A stretch of DNA of 64,000 nucleotides from Cirrosporium novae-zelandiae (lineage: Eukaryota). Location of the stretch: contig JAPETS010000007.1 in assembly GCA_026023565.1 (NCBI GenBank), forward strand, positions 744,001-808,000. The letters are read 5' to 3'. Under the pieces are notes generated by a model that was given only the letters and a program-made list of their open reading frames with translations, had not been told where the DNA came from and ran no database searches. Both the position numbers and the translations under genes were made by a program. Within the stretch, counting starts at the first letter, position 1. Every line of letters starts with the position of its first letter. Positions 34,599 through 45,809 of this stretch are shown here, in pieces.

Positions 34599-37500
34599 TC
34601 ACTCAAATTCAAGCGAATACCCATACCCCTCCCTAACATCCTCATTCACCACATCAAAATACCCCGCATCCTCATTCACATTAAAATACTGCACACACAC
34701 CCACTCGCTCTGTGACGTCAAAAAATGCAAATCGAAATGGTAATAGGTGTACGGGTCGTTGAGGGCTAGATCCGCGCAGGCCTGGATCGCGTCGCAAGCG
34801 TTTAGGTTTCCGGGCAGGTTGTTGGTTCGCGGGGGTTCGCCGGAGTTGCCGGGGTTGTTGGGGTTTTCGGTTCTGTGGGAGCCCATGTAGAATTGGATGT
34901 AGGCGTAGGAGCCGTAGCGGGGGGTGTAGGTGCTTGGGGTGCAGATGGGGGCGGTGCATATGGTGCTTGTGGATGTGGTTGAAGTGGTTGAGGTAGTCGT
35001 GCTAGAATCTAACAAAGTGGCTGACGTAGTTGTAATTAAATCAGATGTAATCGGCGTATTTGTAATTGAATTGGATGTGGTTGAAGTGATCGTGCTAGAA
35101 TCTGATGTAGCCGACGTAGTTGTAATTGAGTCTGATACGGTTAAAGTGGTCGTGCTAGAATCAGACATAGTTGAAGTGATCGTGCTGGTATCTGATGAGG
35201 TGGTTGATATAGTTATAGTTGAATCGGATGTAGTAGACATAGTTGTAATTGAATTTAATACGGTTGAAGTAGTCGTGGGGAATTCTGACGAAATGGTTGA
35301 GATAATTGTAATTATATCAGATATGGTTGAAATGGTCGAGCTAGAATCTGACAAAGTGGTTGAGGTAGTTGCAATTGAATCCGATGTAGTCGACGTAGTA
35401 GTAATTAAATCGGATATGGTTGAAACAATAGTGCTAGAATCAGATAAAATAGTTGATATAATTGTAATTGAATTCAGTATATCTGAAGTTATCATGCTGG
35501 AATCAGATGAAATAGCCGATGTAGCTATAATTGAATCTGATGTACTTAAACTTATCGTGCTGGATTCAGATAAGGTGGTTGACATAGTTGTAGTTGAACC
35601 CGACATAGTTGAAGTAATTATGCCGGAGTCAGATGAAGTAGTGGACACAATTGTAATTGAATCCGATATGGTTGCAGTTGTCGTGCTAAAATCAGATGAG
35701 ATGGTTGATGTAGCTGTAATTAAATCCGATGTAATTGACATAGTTGAATCCGATATAGTTGAAGTGATCGTGCTAGAGTCAGACGGAGTGATTAGCGTAG
35801 TCATGCTTGAGTCCGATGCGGTCGATGTGGCGGCAATTGAATCCGTCGAGCCAGTACTTGAAGTAATGGTGGTTGAATAAGACAAACTAGTCAAAGTCGT
35901 TATGCTTGAATCTAATGTAGTCGACGTAATAGTGCTAGGATCAGACGACATAGTGGTAGTTATGACTGAATTCGAGGAAATAGTCGAAATCATTGTGCTC
36001 GAGTCGGACGAACCGGCTAATATAGTCGTGCCGGAATCAAAGGAAGTGGTTGAAGTCAACGTGTTTAAATCAGGTACAGAGATCGATTCAATTGTACTCG
36101 ATTCCGACGAGATGATTGAAGTGGCGGTGATTAAATCAGACAAAGTAGTCAAAGTGGTTATACTTGATTCTGATGTGGTCGAGGTGACAGTGCTGGAATC
36201 GGACGAGAGAGTAGTAGTTATAATTGAATTTAAAGAAGTAGTTAAAGCTGTTGTACTCGAGTCTAATAGGATAGATGATGTAGTGGTGCTGGAATCAGAA
36301 AAAATGGTTGATGTTATCGTGCTTGAGTCGAATATACTAGGGGTGGTTGTAACTAAATCCGAAAAAACAGTTGAAGTTATTATGCTCGAGTCCAACGAAA
36401 TGGCTGATATTGTCCTGCTAGAATCTAATAAAGGGATTGAAATCATCAAGTTTGAATTGCATGAAGTAGTAGTGATTGTGATTGAATCCGACGGAATAAT
36501 CGGAATTATTGTGCTCAAGCCCAACGAGGTGGTTGATATAATCATGCCAGAATTGAAGAAAGTGGTTGAAGTAATTGTGCTTGAATCGGATGAAGTCATG
36601 GTAGTGGTGGTTGAATCTGATGACATGGTATTTGTAGACGAAGTAGTAGTGCTGGAACCGAATAATGTGGTACTCGTGGGTGAAGTGGTGGACGAGGTAT
36701 CCGTACTTGAGCCCGAAATGGAAGAAGCTGTATTCGTGAAACTAGTGCTGCTATTATCCTACGGTATCTGTTAGTTGATTTGGTAGAGGCAGGTAAACTT
36801 ATTATCACACTTACAGAAGGGGCCGTTGAAGTGCTACTGGATATTGGGGATGCGATGCTCGCTGTTGAGCTTGTCATGGAACTCGTGGTCAAACTGACGC
36901 TGGATCTCGAGGCTGAGGCAGTCGAGGAGACCCCCGAGGAGGTGCTTGTGGTACTCAAAGTTGAACTAGTACTAGAGCCTGTAGCTGAAGTGGTCATTGA
37001 GGTCGTTGGGCTCATTATTGATGTCGGGGTAGAGGTAGATGCAGAGGCGGATGCAGAGGCGGATGCAGAGGCGGATGCAGAGCTGGATGCAGAGCTAGAC
37101 GCGGAGCTAGATGTAAAGCTATATGTAGAGCCAGACAAAGAGCTAGACGGAGGACTATAAAGAGGCCCTGACGGAGTTCTAGACTGGGTTCTAGAAGGAG
37201 ACCCTGGCTTGGAACTTGGTGGCTGGCTAGGTGGAGAACCCGAAGGAGAGTTAGTGGGTTGGCTCCGTTGAGAACCTGACGGGGTTCCAGATGGAGACCC
37301 TGGATGGGAGCCAGCGGGGGAGTTAGAAGTGGAACTCGTTTGCGAGGTCGATGCCGAGCTGGTTGTTGGAATCCCCTTACAATATCCAAATCCAACCTGA
37401 CAGCCTCCATCATATCTGCAATATCCATCGTCTGAGCCACATTTATTGTTCCGGCCGCAACATGTCCCATACAATGAGTTGTCACATGTGTACCCTGAAG

Positions 37501-38038
37501 CTGGGCCACAGTCGCCGTTGGAGGATACCTTTAGTGTTGATGTAGTAGAAGTAGATGCGGATGTCGAGCTGGTGGTAGGGTTCTTAGTTCCACCAGCCGA
37601 TTTTGTAGAAGATGTAGAGGATACAACCCCATAGCAAGCACCAAAGCCAGTCTGGCATCCGGCCTTACAGTACCCATCATCTGAACCACATTTGAAGTTC
37701 TGTCCACAGCAAAACCCAAAGTTTGACCCAGAGCAGGTATAACCTGTATCACCTCCACATTTTCCATTAGGGGAGACTGTGAGGGTATTTGATGATGAGG
37801 TTACGCCGTTGCAAGAACCAAATGCACTTTGACATCCAGCTTTACAATACCCGTCGTCAGAACCGCATTTATTATTTTGTCCACAACAGATCCCAAAATT
37901 TGAGCCAGCACAGGTGTAACCCAAGGAACCACCACAGTCACCGTTAGGGGAAACACTTGAGGTTTTACCTGCCACAGGTATGGCGATGGCTGTAGAAAGA
38001 AACAAGGACAAGAGCCCTAGTTTTGTAAACAAGAGCAT
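34599..38038 (-). CDS. Secreted surface protein: 3 chitin-binding CBM18 (hevein) domains, Ser/Thr stalk and a Cys-containing C-terminal domain; 2 exons, about 1127 aa
   Basis: Signal peptide MLLFTKLGLLSLFLSTAIA. Three repeats of VSxNGxCG...YTC...CCGxNxKCGSDDGYC...GCQxxFGxC. Intron 36759-36814 (GTAAGT..CTAAC..TAG) joins ORFs 36596-38110 and 34599-36626 in frame. Confidence 0.9.
34975..36625 (-). repeat. Degenerate coding tandem repeat of about 33-36 bp (consensus roughly SDSSTITSTxS / SDSITTTSTxS)
   Basis: Recurrent GTGCTAGAATC and GTAATTGAATC cores on the + strand at about 33-36 nt spacing. Confidence 0.8.
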
Positions 38039-39595
38039 GGTGAACGATTGGACGGCAAATATGTTGCCTCGGATAAAGAGGGAAATGAGCAACTGCTCTA
38101 TGAATTTCAATTACAAAAGAGGAACAAAAACGGTTATAGCCATTAGAAGGAACGTGTGGACAAGAAAACAGAAGTATTTATGTTCCATGGTTTTTATGTT
38201 ATCAGTAGATGGTTTATTACTATCACTTTGCTTGAAACTAGCCTGGTGAAGAAAAGTGAAGGATAGTCAATGGCTTTTCAGCCCATCAAGCTATTTTCCA
38301 CTTGGAGTTCGTATCTGCGAGTAAATAGGAGTAGGGGGTACTCGATCAGTAGAGTTGCAAGAGAATTAGGCTCGAGGTCATCAAAGAGAGGACCATAATA
38401 TTGGTGGATGAGAAACTACTGTCTTTCTTTCTTCTGGTAACCTACCACTCTAACATATCTCCCTAAGCATTTACCAAGCCACTTGTCTTAATCAACTGAG
38501 GCCGTGTTGAAGCCTTGGTGTTGTCTTACTGTGATTATAGTGAAGTGACCTAATAGTTAGCTCAGACCCGAATAGGTAGAGGAATTATCAGACTAAGTAG
38601 ATATTTAAAAGATTCGAACTGGTTTCAAAAACTTCAATGGTTGCCATTTGCTAATAGTCTAGCCTGGGACTGTTCTTGATAATTATCTCGTTAAACATAA
38701 GACATGTTGTGAAATATCAATTCCACTAGATGGTTCGGGGAAGAATAGGGTGCGTATCAAGTAGTTGTATATCTTCACTAAAGACTACTAAGTACAGGTG
38801 TCCCTTTTTGTGGTGCAGGCTTACTAAGTCATTAGTAAGTCAGCCCTAGCCCTAGTCTGGGCACCTAAGGCATACATGCGGTACGCATGTAGCCCCTCTA
38901 CTACTAAGTGGACCGCCTAGGATATTATTTACAACAAGACAAGTAAAATTATCAGCATGCCAAGCGTCTTCTACGTGATTAACCTTATTACTAATATCCG
39001 GTATCACAGTAATTACGTCATTACCTACATGAGGCGGTTCCACATGACTATCAATAACAAAGCCAAATTCAACTATTTAATGAACAGTACTTGGTATAAA
39101 TCTTGTTTATGTTTATGAAACCAGTTATGAAATTGAAACTGACAAATCATATATTTTTCTAACTTCTTTAGTGATAACCATATGGAACCGCTTCAGATGA
39201 TACTTTAGTAATATTCAGGCGAGTATTCTACGAATGTAATCAACTATTCATCACTCACATTGTACCTTATTACTTACTTTCGCATCAAATTTAAGCTCTT
39301 AATGAATGGAGCCTTGTCCATATATGTGGATGGATGGATGAATGGATGGATAGTGAGGTATTCTTTCTATTAAATTTTATTTGTGGTTGGTAGTTGGTAG
39401 TTGATATCTCATAACATGTGGTCAAGGAGGTAGTAAGGTAGCGAGGCACGAATAACCGTTGAAGGTCGTCCCCCCACAAGGTCAACCAAAATGGAACAAA
39501 AAAGTTGTAGAATCGAAATTTTTGTTCCTTTATACCCAAATCTATCTGTCCATTTAATCAATGGACCCGATCGATCAATCGATCAATCAAATACT

Positions 39596-41437
39596 TTACG
39601 TCTCCCCCGCCTCCACCTTTTCCAACGCTTTGGTAAAAATCCCCACCAACTCCCCTTCTTCCTCCAACCCCACACTAACCCTAACCAAATCTCCCTCAAT
39701 GCCACACCCCTCTGCCCACCCCAACTCCTGGTAATGCGCCAATAGCGTATACGGACTCGCCAGTGTAAAATTTGTTCCCAAACTTGGGCCCTTGGCAACA
39801 TCCAACGCATCATAAAACCTCATGGCGTTCTGTGTGGTATGAAATGTGATGCTAAAGAGGCCTCCATATCCAGGTTCCGGATGAGAAGGGTGCGAGGGTG
39901 TTTTGTGGAGGAGGGCTTCGTAGTTGGCGCGTGTGGGAGAGAAATAGGGATAGTACACATTTTTGATCAAGGGGTGCGTGGAGAGGTAAGTGCAGAGGGC
40001 TAGGGTCGTGGAGTTGATGCGAGCAATACGGGATATGAAACCACGGGAGTTTCGTTCCAGGAAGAGCGCGTCGTGTGGGAAGACGGTGTCCTCGTAGCCA
40101 CCAGCCTCGGGTGAGGACGCGAGTTTGGATTTCCAGGTTTCATAATAGGAGCCTGGGCTCTGGGGATTCAGGATGGCGGAACCGCCCATGACGTTGCAGT
40201 CACCAGAGAAAATCTTTGTGAGGGAGGAGACGACGGCATCGGCTAAGGGGAGGACGGAAATGTTGAGGAAGGTGCCAATTGTTTCATCGATGATTATTGG
40301 GAAAGAGTACTTTGTAGCGAGAGCACGCAAGCGGTGCAGATTTGGCGTGTTGAGGAGGGGGTTGGAAGGGCATTCGCAAAAGAGGCCTAGGAAGCGTTGG
40401 CCCGATTCGAGGAGGCGTTCTAGGTCTGAGATGTCGGCTTCACTGCCATTCGGATAGAATTTACAGCCAGAGGGGTTGAATTTTTCCAGAATTTTAAGAG
40501 TATCTGTGTATGGGAAGCCGAAGCAGATTCCTGGTGGTGGGGGAGTGGTTTCGCAACTTGCGAGTAGGAGACGGTGCATGTTGAATATGGAAGACATGCC
40601 GCATGGGTAGAGGTAGACGTCGTCTTCGGTCAGGTTCGCGATCCGGGCATCAGATTTGGGGGCTGATAGGGGGCTTGTAATGTCAACTTCGTCAATTAGT
40701 GAACCCGCAATACGTCGACGTATGGCAACTTTAGCGTTGGTGGCTAGAGATGGATCCAGGTTTCTCCCGAATCGCTCTTCAATGAATTGTGTAAATTCTT
40801 TACCGTCGGAGATTTCTTTCGGTGTATGTGGTGGAGATTTAGTAAGGTCAACAGACGAGCGTTGGTACCGGCGAGGGCCTTTATGGAACTCAGCGGGGAG
40901 CTTGCTAGCTTGATGGTGAGGGTGCTGCGATTCGACAAGGTACCCTTCTTCTAGTGCCTTGTGGCAAAATTCTGCATGGCGGCTGGATATCCCATCTCCA
41001 GAATGCTGCCAGAACGCTTTCGTAATTTTACCATGCTCTTCGGGGTATAATACGGCTACCAATCGTAGCTGGAACGCCTTGGGTTCGTTTTCCAATTGTT
41101 TTTCTCCAAGTGGTGAGACGAATTCCATAACTTTTATGACCTTTTCTTGGAGTCCTAACGCATTATTTCGCAAGAATTTAATACATCGGTTGGCAATGGC
41201 GCGCGTGGGAAGCAGAATAACGGCCTGACCAGTATGGCCATATTTTGCAAGAATCGTGTCGGCGAGCGAAGTAATATGCTTGGAGATGAAAAAGCGTGGG
41301 TATCCCAATTGCATCTTCTGAACCACCCATTGTTCACCTTCCTCGTATCCAACACAGGATCGCCATGTCGGAAGGGAAACACTGACAGCGTGGTCGGTGT
41401 TTGGGGGGATGGACTGCCCCAGTGTCTCCTCGGCCAT
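39596..41437 (-). CDS. STR2: Cystathionine gamma-synthase (fungal Str2/Met-7 type, PLP-dependent)
   Basis: 613-aa intronless ORF with HAVSVSLPTW...GYPRFF, WQHSGDGISSR, CGMSSIF, ECPSNPLL, DETIG, the PLP lysine motif SSLTKIFSG, KGPSLGTNFTL and LVRVSVGLE. Confidence 0.93.
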   Translation of the reverse strand: MAEETLGQSIPPNTDHAVSVSLPTWRSCVGYEEGEQWVVQKMQLGYPRFFISKHITSLADTILAKYGHTGQAVILLPTRAIANRCIKFLRNNALGLQEKVIKVMEFVSPLGEKQLENEPKAFQLRLVAVLYPEEHGKITKAFWQHSGDGISSRHAEFCHKALEEGYLVESQHPHHQASKLPAEFHKGPRRYQRSSVDLTKSPPHTPKEISDGKEFTQFIEERFGRNLDPSLATNAKVAIRRRIAGSLIDEVDITSPLSAPKSDARIANLTEDDVYLYPCGMSSIFNMHRLLLASCETTPPPPGICFGFPYTDTLKILEKFNPSGCKFYPNGSEADISDLERLLESGQRFLGLFCECPSNPLLNTPNLHRLRALATKYSFPIIIDETIGTFLNISVLPLADAVVSSLTKIFSGDCNVMGGSAILNPQSPGSYYETWKSKLASSPEAGGYEDTVFPHDALFLERNSRGFISRIARINSTTLALCTYLSTHPLIKNVYYPYFSPTRANYEALLHKTPSHPSHPEPGYGGLFSITFHTTQNAMRFYDALDVAKGPSLGTNFTLASPYTLLAHYQELGWAEGCGIEGDLVRVSVGLEEEGELVGIFTKALEKVEAGET

Positions 41438-42013
41438 CGCTGGTCACTTTTGGTATGGGAAAACTGCTTAGTAGAGTTTCAGCTAATACCGTGACAATAA
41501 GATGACAATGAGTTTGTTTCAAAATACTCTTGAGGAATATAGATGTTGTATGCTGTTTAGATGAGTCACCTTAGGGAAATGCTATGACGTATTGAGAGTA
41601 TGGAACAGCTTCTAATTTATGTCTCAATGCTTAATTAAGATATATTTTCAAGTTATCTTGAAAGCAATTAATTTATATATTTTTCCACGGGGACAATTCA
41701 CTGAAGAGTAGCTTCGAAAATGTATGAAGATGAGAAAAACAATTTGTGGAGAAGAATCTTTGCAAGTTTCAAGCCGATAGTATTTGCCAGGATTTAACCC
41801 ACACACGCCGCACAACCCGATAATCGGAGAGTCGGCCTTTTTGGATGCCACTAACGGTGGGTGGCGCTGGTGGCTATCGGGACCTAAAATCTAAATCTTG
41901 AGCCTAAATTTCTTCTCCGCTTTATGTTGCCCGTGCTAAGCAAAAACAGTTTTTTTGCTCAAGTCTATTTGTGTATCTAGAACAATTTGCGACCTCTCCA
42001 TCCTACCACAATA

Positions 42014-45000
42014 ATGCCGTCACATGCTGTCAAAAGACGAAAGCTCGATACCTCAGAAGAGCGCGATGATTATTCAAATGACAAATCCGAAAAAAGTGTA
42101 TCAAATATTCCTGAGACATCAAGCCACGAGAACGATGAAGATGAATTATCCATCGAGTCTGGCAGCGGGGAGGAAATGGAGACAGACAATGAAGAAAAGG
42201 CGGAGAGAAATGTAAATATGGAGAAAGAAAAAATCTCTCAAGCTGAGAAGAAGAGACGAAGGCCGAATATCGATCGCATCTCTCAATCAGAGCTCCTCAT
42301 GGCTGGCGAAACCTCCAAATCCGGTCTTTTTAAGCTCCAGATCGACGAACTCCTTGCTGATATCCATCCAAAATATGAAAAACACATGCCAAAACTAGAA
42401 AGGATATTACGGAAGATAAAAAACATAATAGAGGGAATACCAGATTCTGAACCCGTCTCAATTGCCGAGGCCGAGAAAAAGATGCGAAAACAATACTCAG
42501 TTGTGATACCATTTCCCAACCCGAAGCCTAAAAAGGATGTAAAATACACGCTCGCCTATAAGAAGCCGGCGAATGTAAATGTTGTTGGGAACTTTGCGCT
42601 GCGACTAGGCATTCGGAGTGAAACGCCAGCTGTCATTGACGTTGCTGTTACTCTGCCGTCCGACCTATTTCAAGAAAAGGATTATCTCAATTATCGATAC
42701 TTTCATAAGAGAGCTTTCTACGTTGCTTGTTTGGCTGCGGGCCTACGAGAAGCTAAGAGCTCATTTAAGATCAACTTTGAGTACCAAAACAACAACACGC
42801 TTCAACCTGTCATCTCCATCATCCCCTCGGGCAAAGGGGATGAAGAGGATTTCTCAAGTACGAATTACCGCATTCGAATAATCACAGCAATTCCTGAAAG
42901 CACGTTCCAGATATCTAAAACCTTTCCAAATAAGAACTGTGTAAGATCAGCTGTTAATGCAAACGAGTCTACTGAAGAAAAGCCCGAGCCCACATCGTTC
43001 TACAACTCTACACTTCGTTCCGAATCAACTGTAACCTCGTTCCAGAAACTCTTATCATCAATGATCCTCCAATGCCCCGCCTTTAGGGATGCTGCTGCCC
43101 TAGGTCAAGTCTGGCTGCAACAACGGGGATTCGATTCAAGCTTCTCTGGTGGTGGATTTGGACATTTTGAATGGTCTGCAGTGTGTGCGAATCTCCTACA
43201 AACAGGTGGTCCAAATGGAACGCCACTACTCTCACGTGGCTACAGCAGCTACCAGCTCTTCAAAGCAATGATTCAAATTTTAGCCACGAGGGACATGAAT
43301 AGCCCAATGATGCTCAATGCCTCTAACTTGTCCTTACCTAGGGGTGACTCTCCAGTGTTCTTCGATGGGTCCAGAGGCCTGAATATCTTGTTTAAAATGA
43401 CTTTCTGGTCGTACAAGCTTCTCCGCCAAGAAGCAAAGATATTACTTGAAATGCTTAACGATCCACTCCGTGACAACTTCTCTGCCTCCTTTATTCAAAG
43501 CCTCTCCTCGTCACTCCTCTTCCGCTTCGATTTAAACCTCGAGCTATCGATACCACCAGAATTCTCGTCATCCTTGCGACAAACCCAATTCTCCCAGAAG
43601 ATCTACCATGCTCTTAGTAAAGGCCTCTCTAACCGTGCTACCTTAATCCATCTCTCGCTCCCTCTCTGCAGGACCTGGAAACTAACGTCGGCCCCCTGCG
43701 CTTCTCAACCCTTCAAACTCCTCGTTTCAATCCTTGTCAATCCGGAAACTGTCAATCGCCTTGTTGATCATGGTCCTCCAGCCGAAGATACAACAGCAGC
43801 GTCCTACTTTCGGCAATTTTGGGGTCCTAAATCGGAACTCCGTCGCTTCAAAGACGGTAGCATCCGGGAAAGTTTGGTCTGGTCTGCTTCCAATGCAGAT
43901 GGCCTTTCTGTCCTACAGCAAATAATTTTATATATTCTGCACCGACAGGCTGGGGAGGCTACAGCCCAGTCTTGTACGTTTATTGCTAACAACGCCGAAA
44001 AAATGCTTCTCCCCAAGGACCCAGCTGCTGCAACGCAATCGCACACACCCTTTCAACCAATAATGGAAGCTTTCCGGACTTTAGAAAATGACATTCGCTC
44101 CCACGCTGACTCCCTCCCTTTGACTCTACGGCAAATCTCCGCCGCTTCTCCCCAGCTTCGATACTCATCGTCTATTATTCCTCTCACAGACCCTTCCCAC
44201 CCATCTACGCAACCAGCCGATATCCTCATACAATTCGAAGTCTCAACTCGCTGGCCCTCGAACCTTCCAGCTATTCAGATGGCCAAATTTGCCTTTCTGG
44301 TCAAGATAAGCGATCTTCTCTCCCAGCCTAACTCATATGTAACTGCAAAGGTGGGCATCGAGAATGAAGGCAACGAAATGATGAACCATGCTTTTCTCGA
44401 TATTACATACCCTTCTGGCGCATTCTTCCGCCTCCGCATCCACCACGAGCACGAAGTTACGCTACTGTCTGGGCTCTTGGCATCAAAATCTACATCTCCT
44501 TCTCAACGTGCACTTGCCGCAGCAGCACTAGTAGCGTATAAGCGCACATTTGTACACTCACCATCTCACACGCAGTCTCTGGCAACACTATGCACGCGAT
44601 TTCCCCTACTCTCTCCCACAATTCGTGCTTTCAAACGATTCTGCACAGCGCATCTGTTGATGGGTCCAAGTCATGTTAGAGAAGAAGTTGTTGAACTAAT
44701 TGCCACCGTTCCATTTCTTCATCATCATCCATACCTTTCTCCTCCAGCCAGTCTTTCAACCGCGTTTTTCCGCACGTTAGAAGTTATGGGCCGGTGGTCT
44801 TACCCAACCGACCCTCTCCTTTTGTCGTTTGGTGGCGCCCTAGAAAGAGAAGATATCCACGCATCCACTGTCCGTTTTCAAGCTTGGCGAAAGCTTGACC
44901 CAGGCCTAAATCGCACCGTGCTCTTCCTTGGCACCAAAAATGACCTCGACGGAACAGCGTGGACAACCGAGGGACCATCTAAAGTCATTGCTGCAAGATG

Positions 45001-45520
45001 GCAGGGTTTGTGCAAGGCGGCCCTAGAAGTAATACGTTCAAAAGAAACAGAAATTTCAGGCCAAGATATGAAACAATTATTTGTTCCTTGGTTGAGAGAC
45101 TACGACTTCCTGCTGCATATATCACCCAAATTCACCGGCTCATCGAAACGGAAAGCCGAATCTCGGTTCAAAAACCTTGCCTTGCAAGAATTTGACAATA
45201 CCCCTGAATTAGCGACGTTCGATCCACTCCCAGATCTTCTGTCCGAACTCCATGCGCTCTATGGTGAGAATGTTATTTTGTTCTGGAACCCGGGTGCAAA
45301 GGTTATCGCAGGGTTATGGAATCGTGGGACTGTTCCGGTTGGGGACGGGGGTAGGAAATGGAGAGTCGGGTTGGGATGGAGTAGTATGCCTGTAGAGGTC
45401 CAGAAATCTAAAGCGGAGGATGAGGACGTAGATGTGAGGATTAACAAGGAAGGGATTCTACATGAGATTGCAATATTGGCGGGAGATTTAGTGGAGAGGG
45501 TGGAGATTTTTAGCCAGTGA
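42014..45520 (+). CDS. UTP22: U3 snoRNA-associated protein 22 (Nrap family)
   Basis: About 1168-aa ORF with an N-terminal KRRK NLS and acidic tract, FKLQIDELL, LFQEKDYLNYRYFHKRAFY, GGFGHFEW, GYSSYQLFK and FWGPKSELRRFKDGSIRES. Confidence 0.95.
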   Translation: MPSHAVKRRKLDTSEERDDYSNDKSEKSVSNIPETSSHENDEDELSIESGSGEEMETDNEEKAERNVNMEKEKISQAEKKRRRPNIDRISQSELLMAGETSKSGLFKLQIDELLADIHPKYEKHMPKLERILRKIKNIIEGIPDSEPVSIAEAEKKMRKQYSVVIPFPNPKPKKDVKYTLAYKKPANVNVVGNFALRLGIRSETPAVIDVAVTLPSDLFQEKDYLNYRYFHKRAFYVACLAAGLREAKSSFKINFEYQNNNTLQPVISIIPSGKGDEEDFSSTNYRIRIITAIPESTFQISKTFPNKNCVRSAVNANESTEEKPEPTSFYNSTLRSESTVTSFQKLLSSMILQCPAFRDAAALGQVWLQQRGFDSSFSGGGFGHFEWSAVCANLLQTGGPNGTPLLSRGYSSYQLFKAMIQILATRDMNSPMMLNASNLSLPRGDSPVFFDGSRGLNILFKMTFWSYKLLRQEAKILLEMLNDPLRDNFSASFIQSLSSSLLFRFDLNLELSIPPEFSSSLRQTQFSQKIYHALSKGLSNRATLIHLSLPLCRTWKLTSAPCASQPFKLLVSILVNPETVNRLVDHGPPAEDTTAASYFRQFWGPKSELRRFKDGSIRESLVWSASNADGLSVLQQIILYILHRQAGEATAQSCTFIANNAEKMLLPKDPAAATQSHTPFQPIMEAFRTLENDIRSHADSLPLTLRQISAASPQLRYSSSIIPLTDPSHPSTQPADILIQFEVSTRWPSNLPAIQMAKFAFLVKISDLLSQPNSYVTAKVGIENEGNEMMNHAFLDITYPSGAFFRLRIHHEHEVTLLSGLLASKSTSPSQRALAAAALVAYKRTFVHSPSHTQSLATLCTRFPLLSPTIRAFKRFCTAHLLMGPSHVREEVVELIATVPFLHHHPYLSPPASLSTAFFRTLEVMGRWSYPTDPLLLSFGGALEREDIHASTVRFQAWRKLDPGLNRTVLFLGTKNDLDGTAWTTEGPSKVIAARWQGLCKAALEVIRSKETEISGQDMKQLFVPWLRDYDFLLHISPKFTGSSKRKAESRFKNLALQEFDNTPELATFDPLPDLLSELHALYGENVILFWNPGAKVIAGLWNRGTVPVGDGGRKWRVGLGWSSMPVEVQKSKAEDEDVDVRINKEGILHEIAILAGDLVERVEIFSQ

Positions 45521-45809
45521 GTTGGGCTTTCTTTTTCAAAAATTTGGGAATAAAAAAGAGATAGATACCTAGCATGTGGTATGTGTGTACGTATATATCA
45601 GCGACAACGTAGACAATATTAAAAGCAGAGTCAACTATGGACGACGCCCCCCCCCCCCCCCTGTTGAGGTATCAAGACACGTGAGCTCGGACGCGCTAGA
45701 GACGCGAGTCCGAGAGGATTTTTAAGAATTCGGCAATTAATTAATTACGATATTTCTACTTCCCTTCTAGTTTTTATATTCACTCAATTACAAGCTCGAC
45801 TGCCTAGCA

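Noticed and set aside
34975..36625. Repeats with about 33-36 bp periodicity as a CRISPR array
   Set aside because: Degenerate in-frame coding repeats in a eukaryotic gene, with no identical repeat/unique spacer structure and no cas genes.
34930..37160. Long + strand Val/Glu/Asp/Ile-rich ORFs (34930-35880, 35902-36774, 36780-37160)
   Set aside because: They are antisense shadows of the Ser/Thr repeat stalk, whose codons rarely give stops on the opposite strand.
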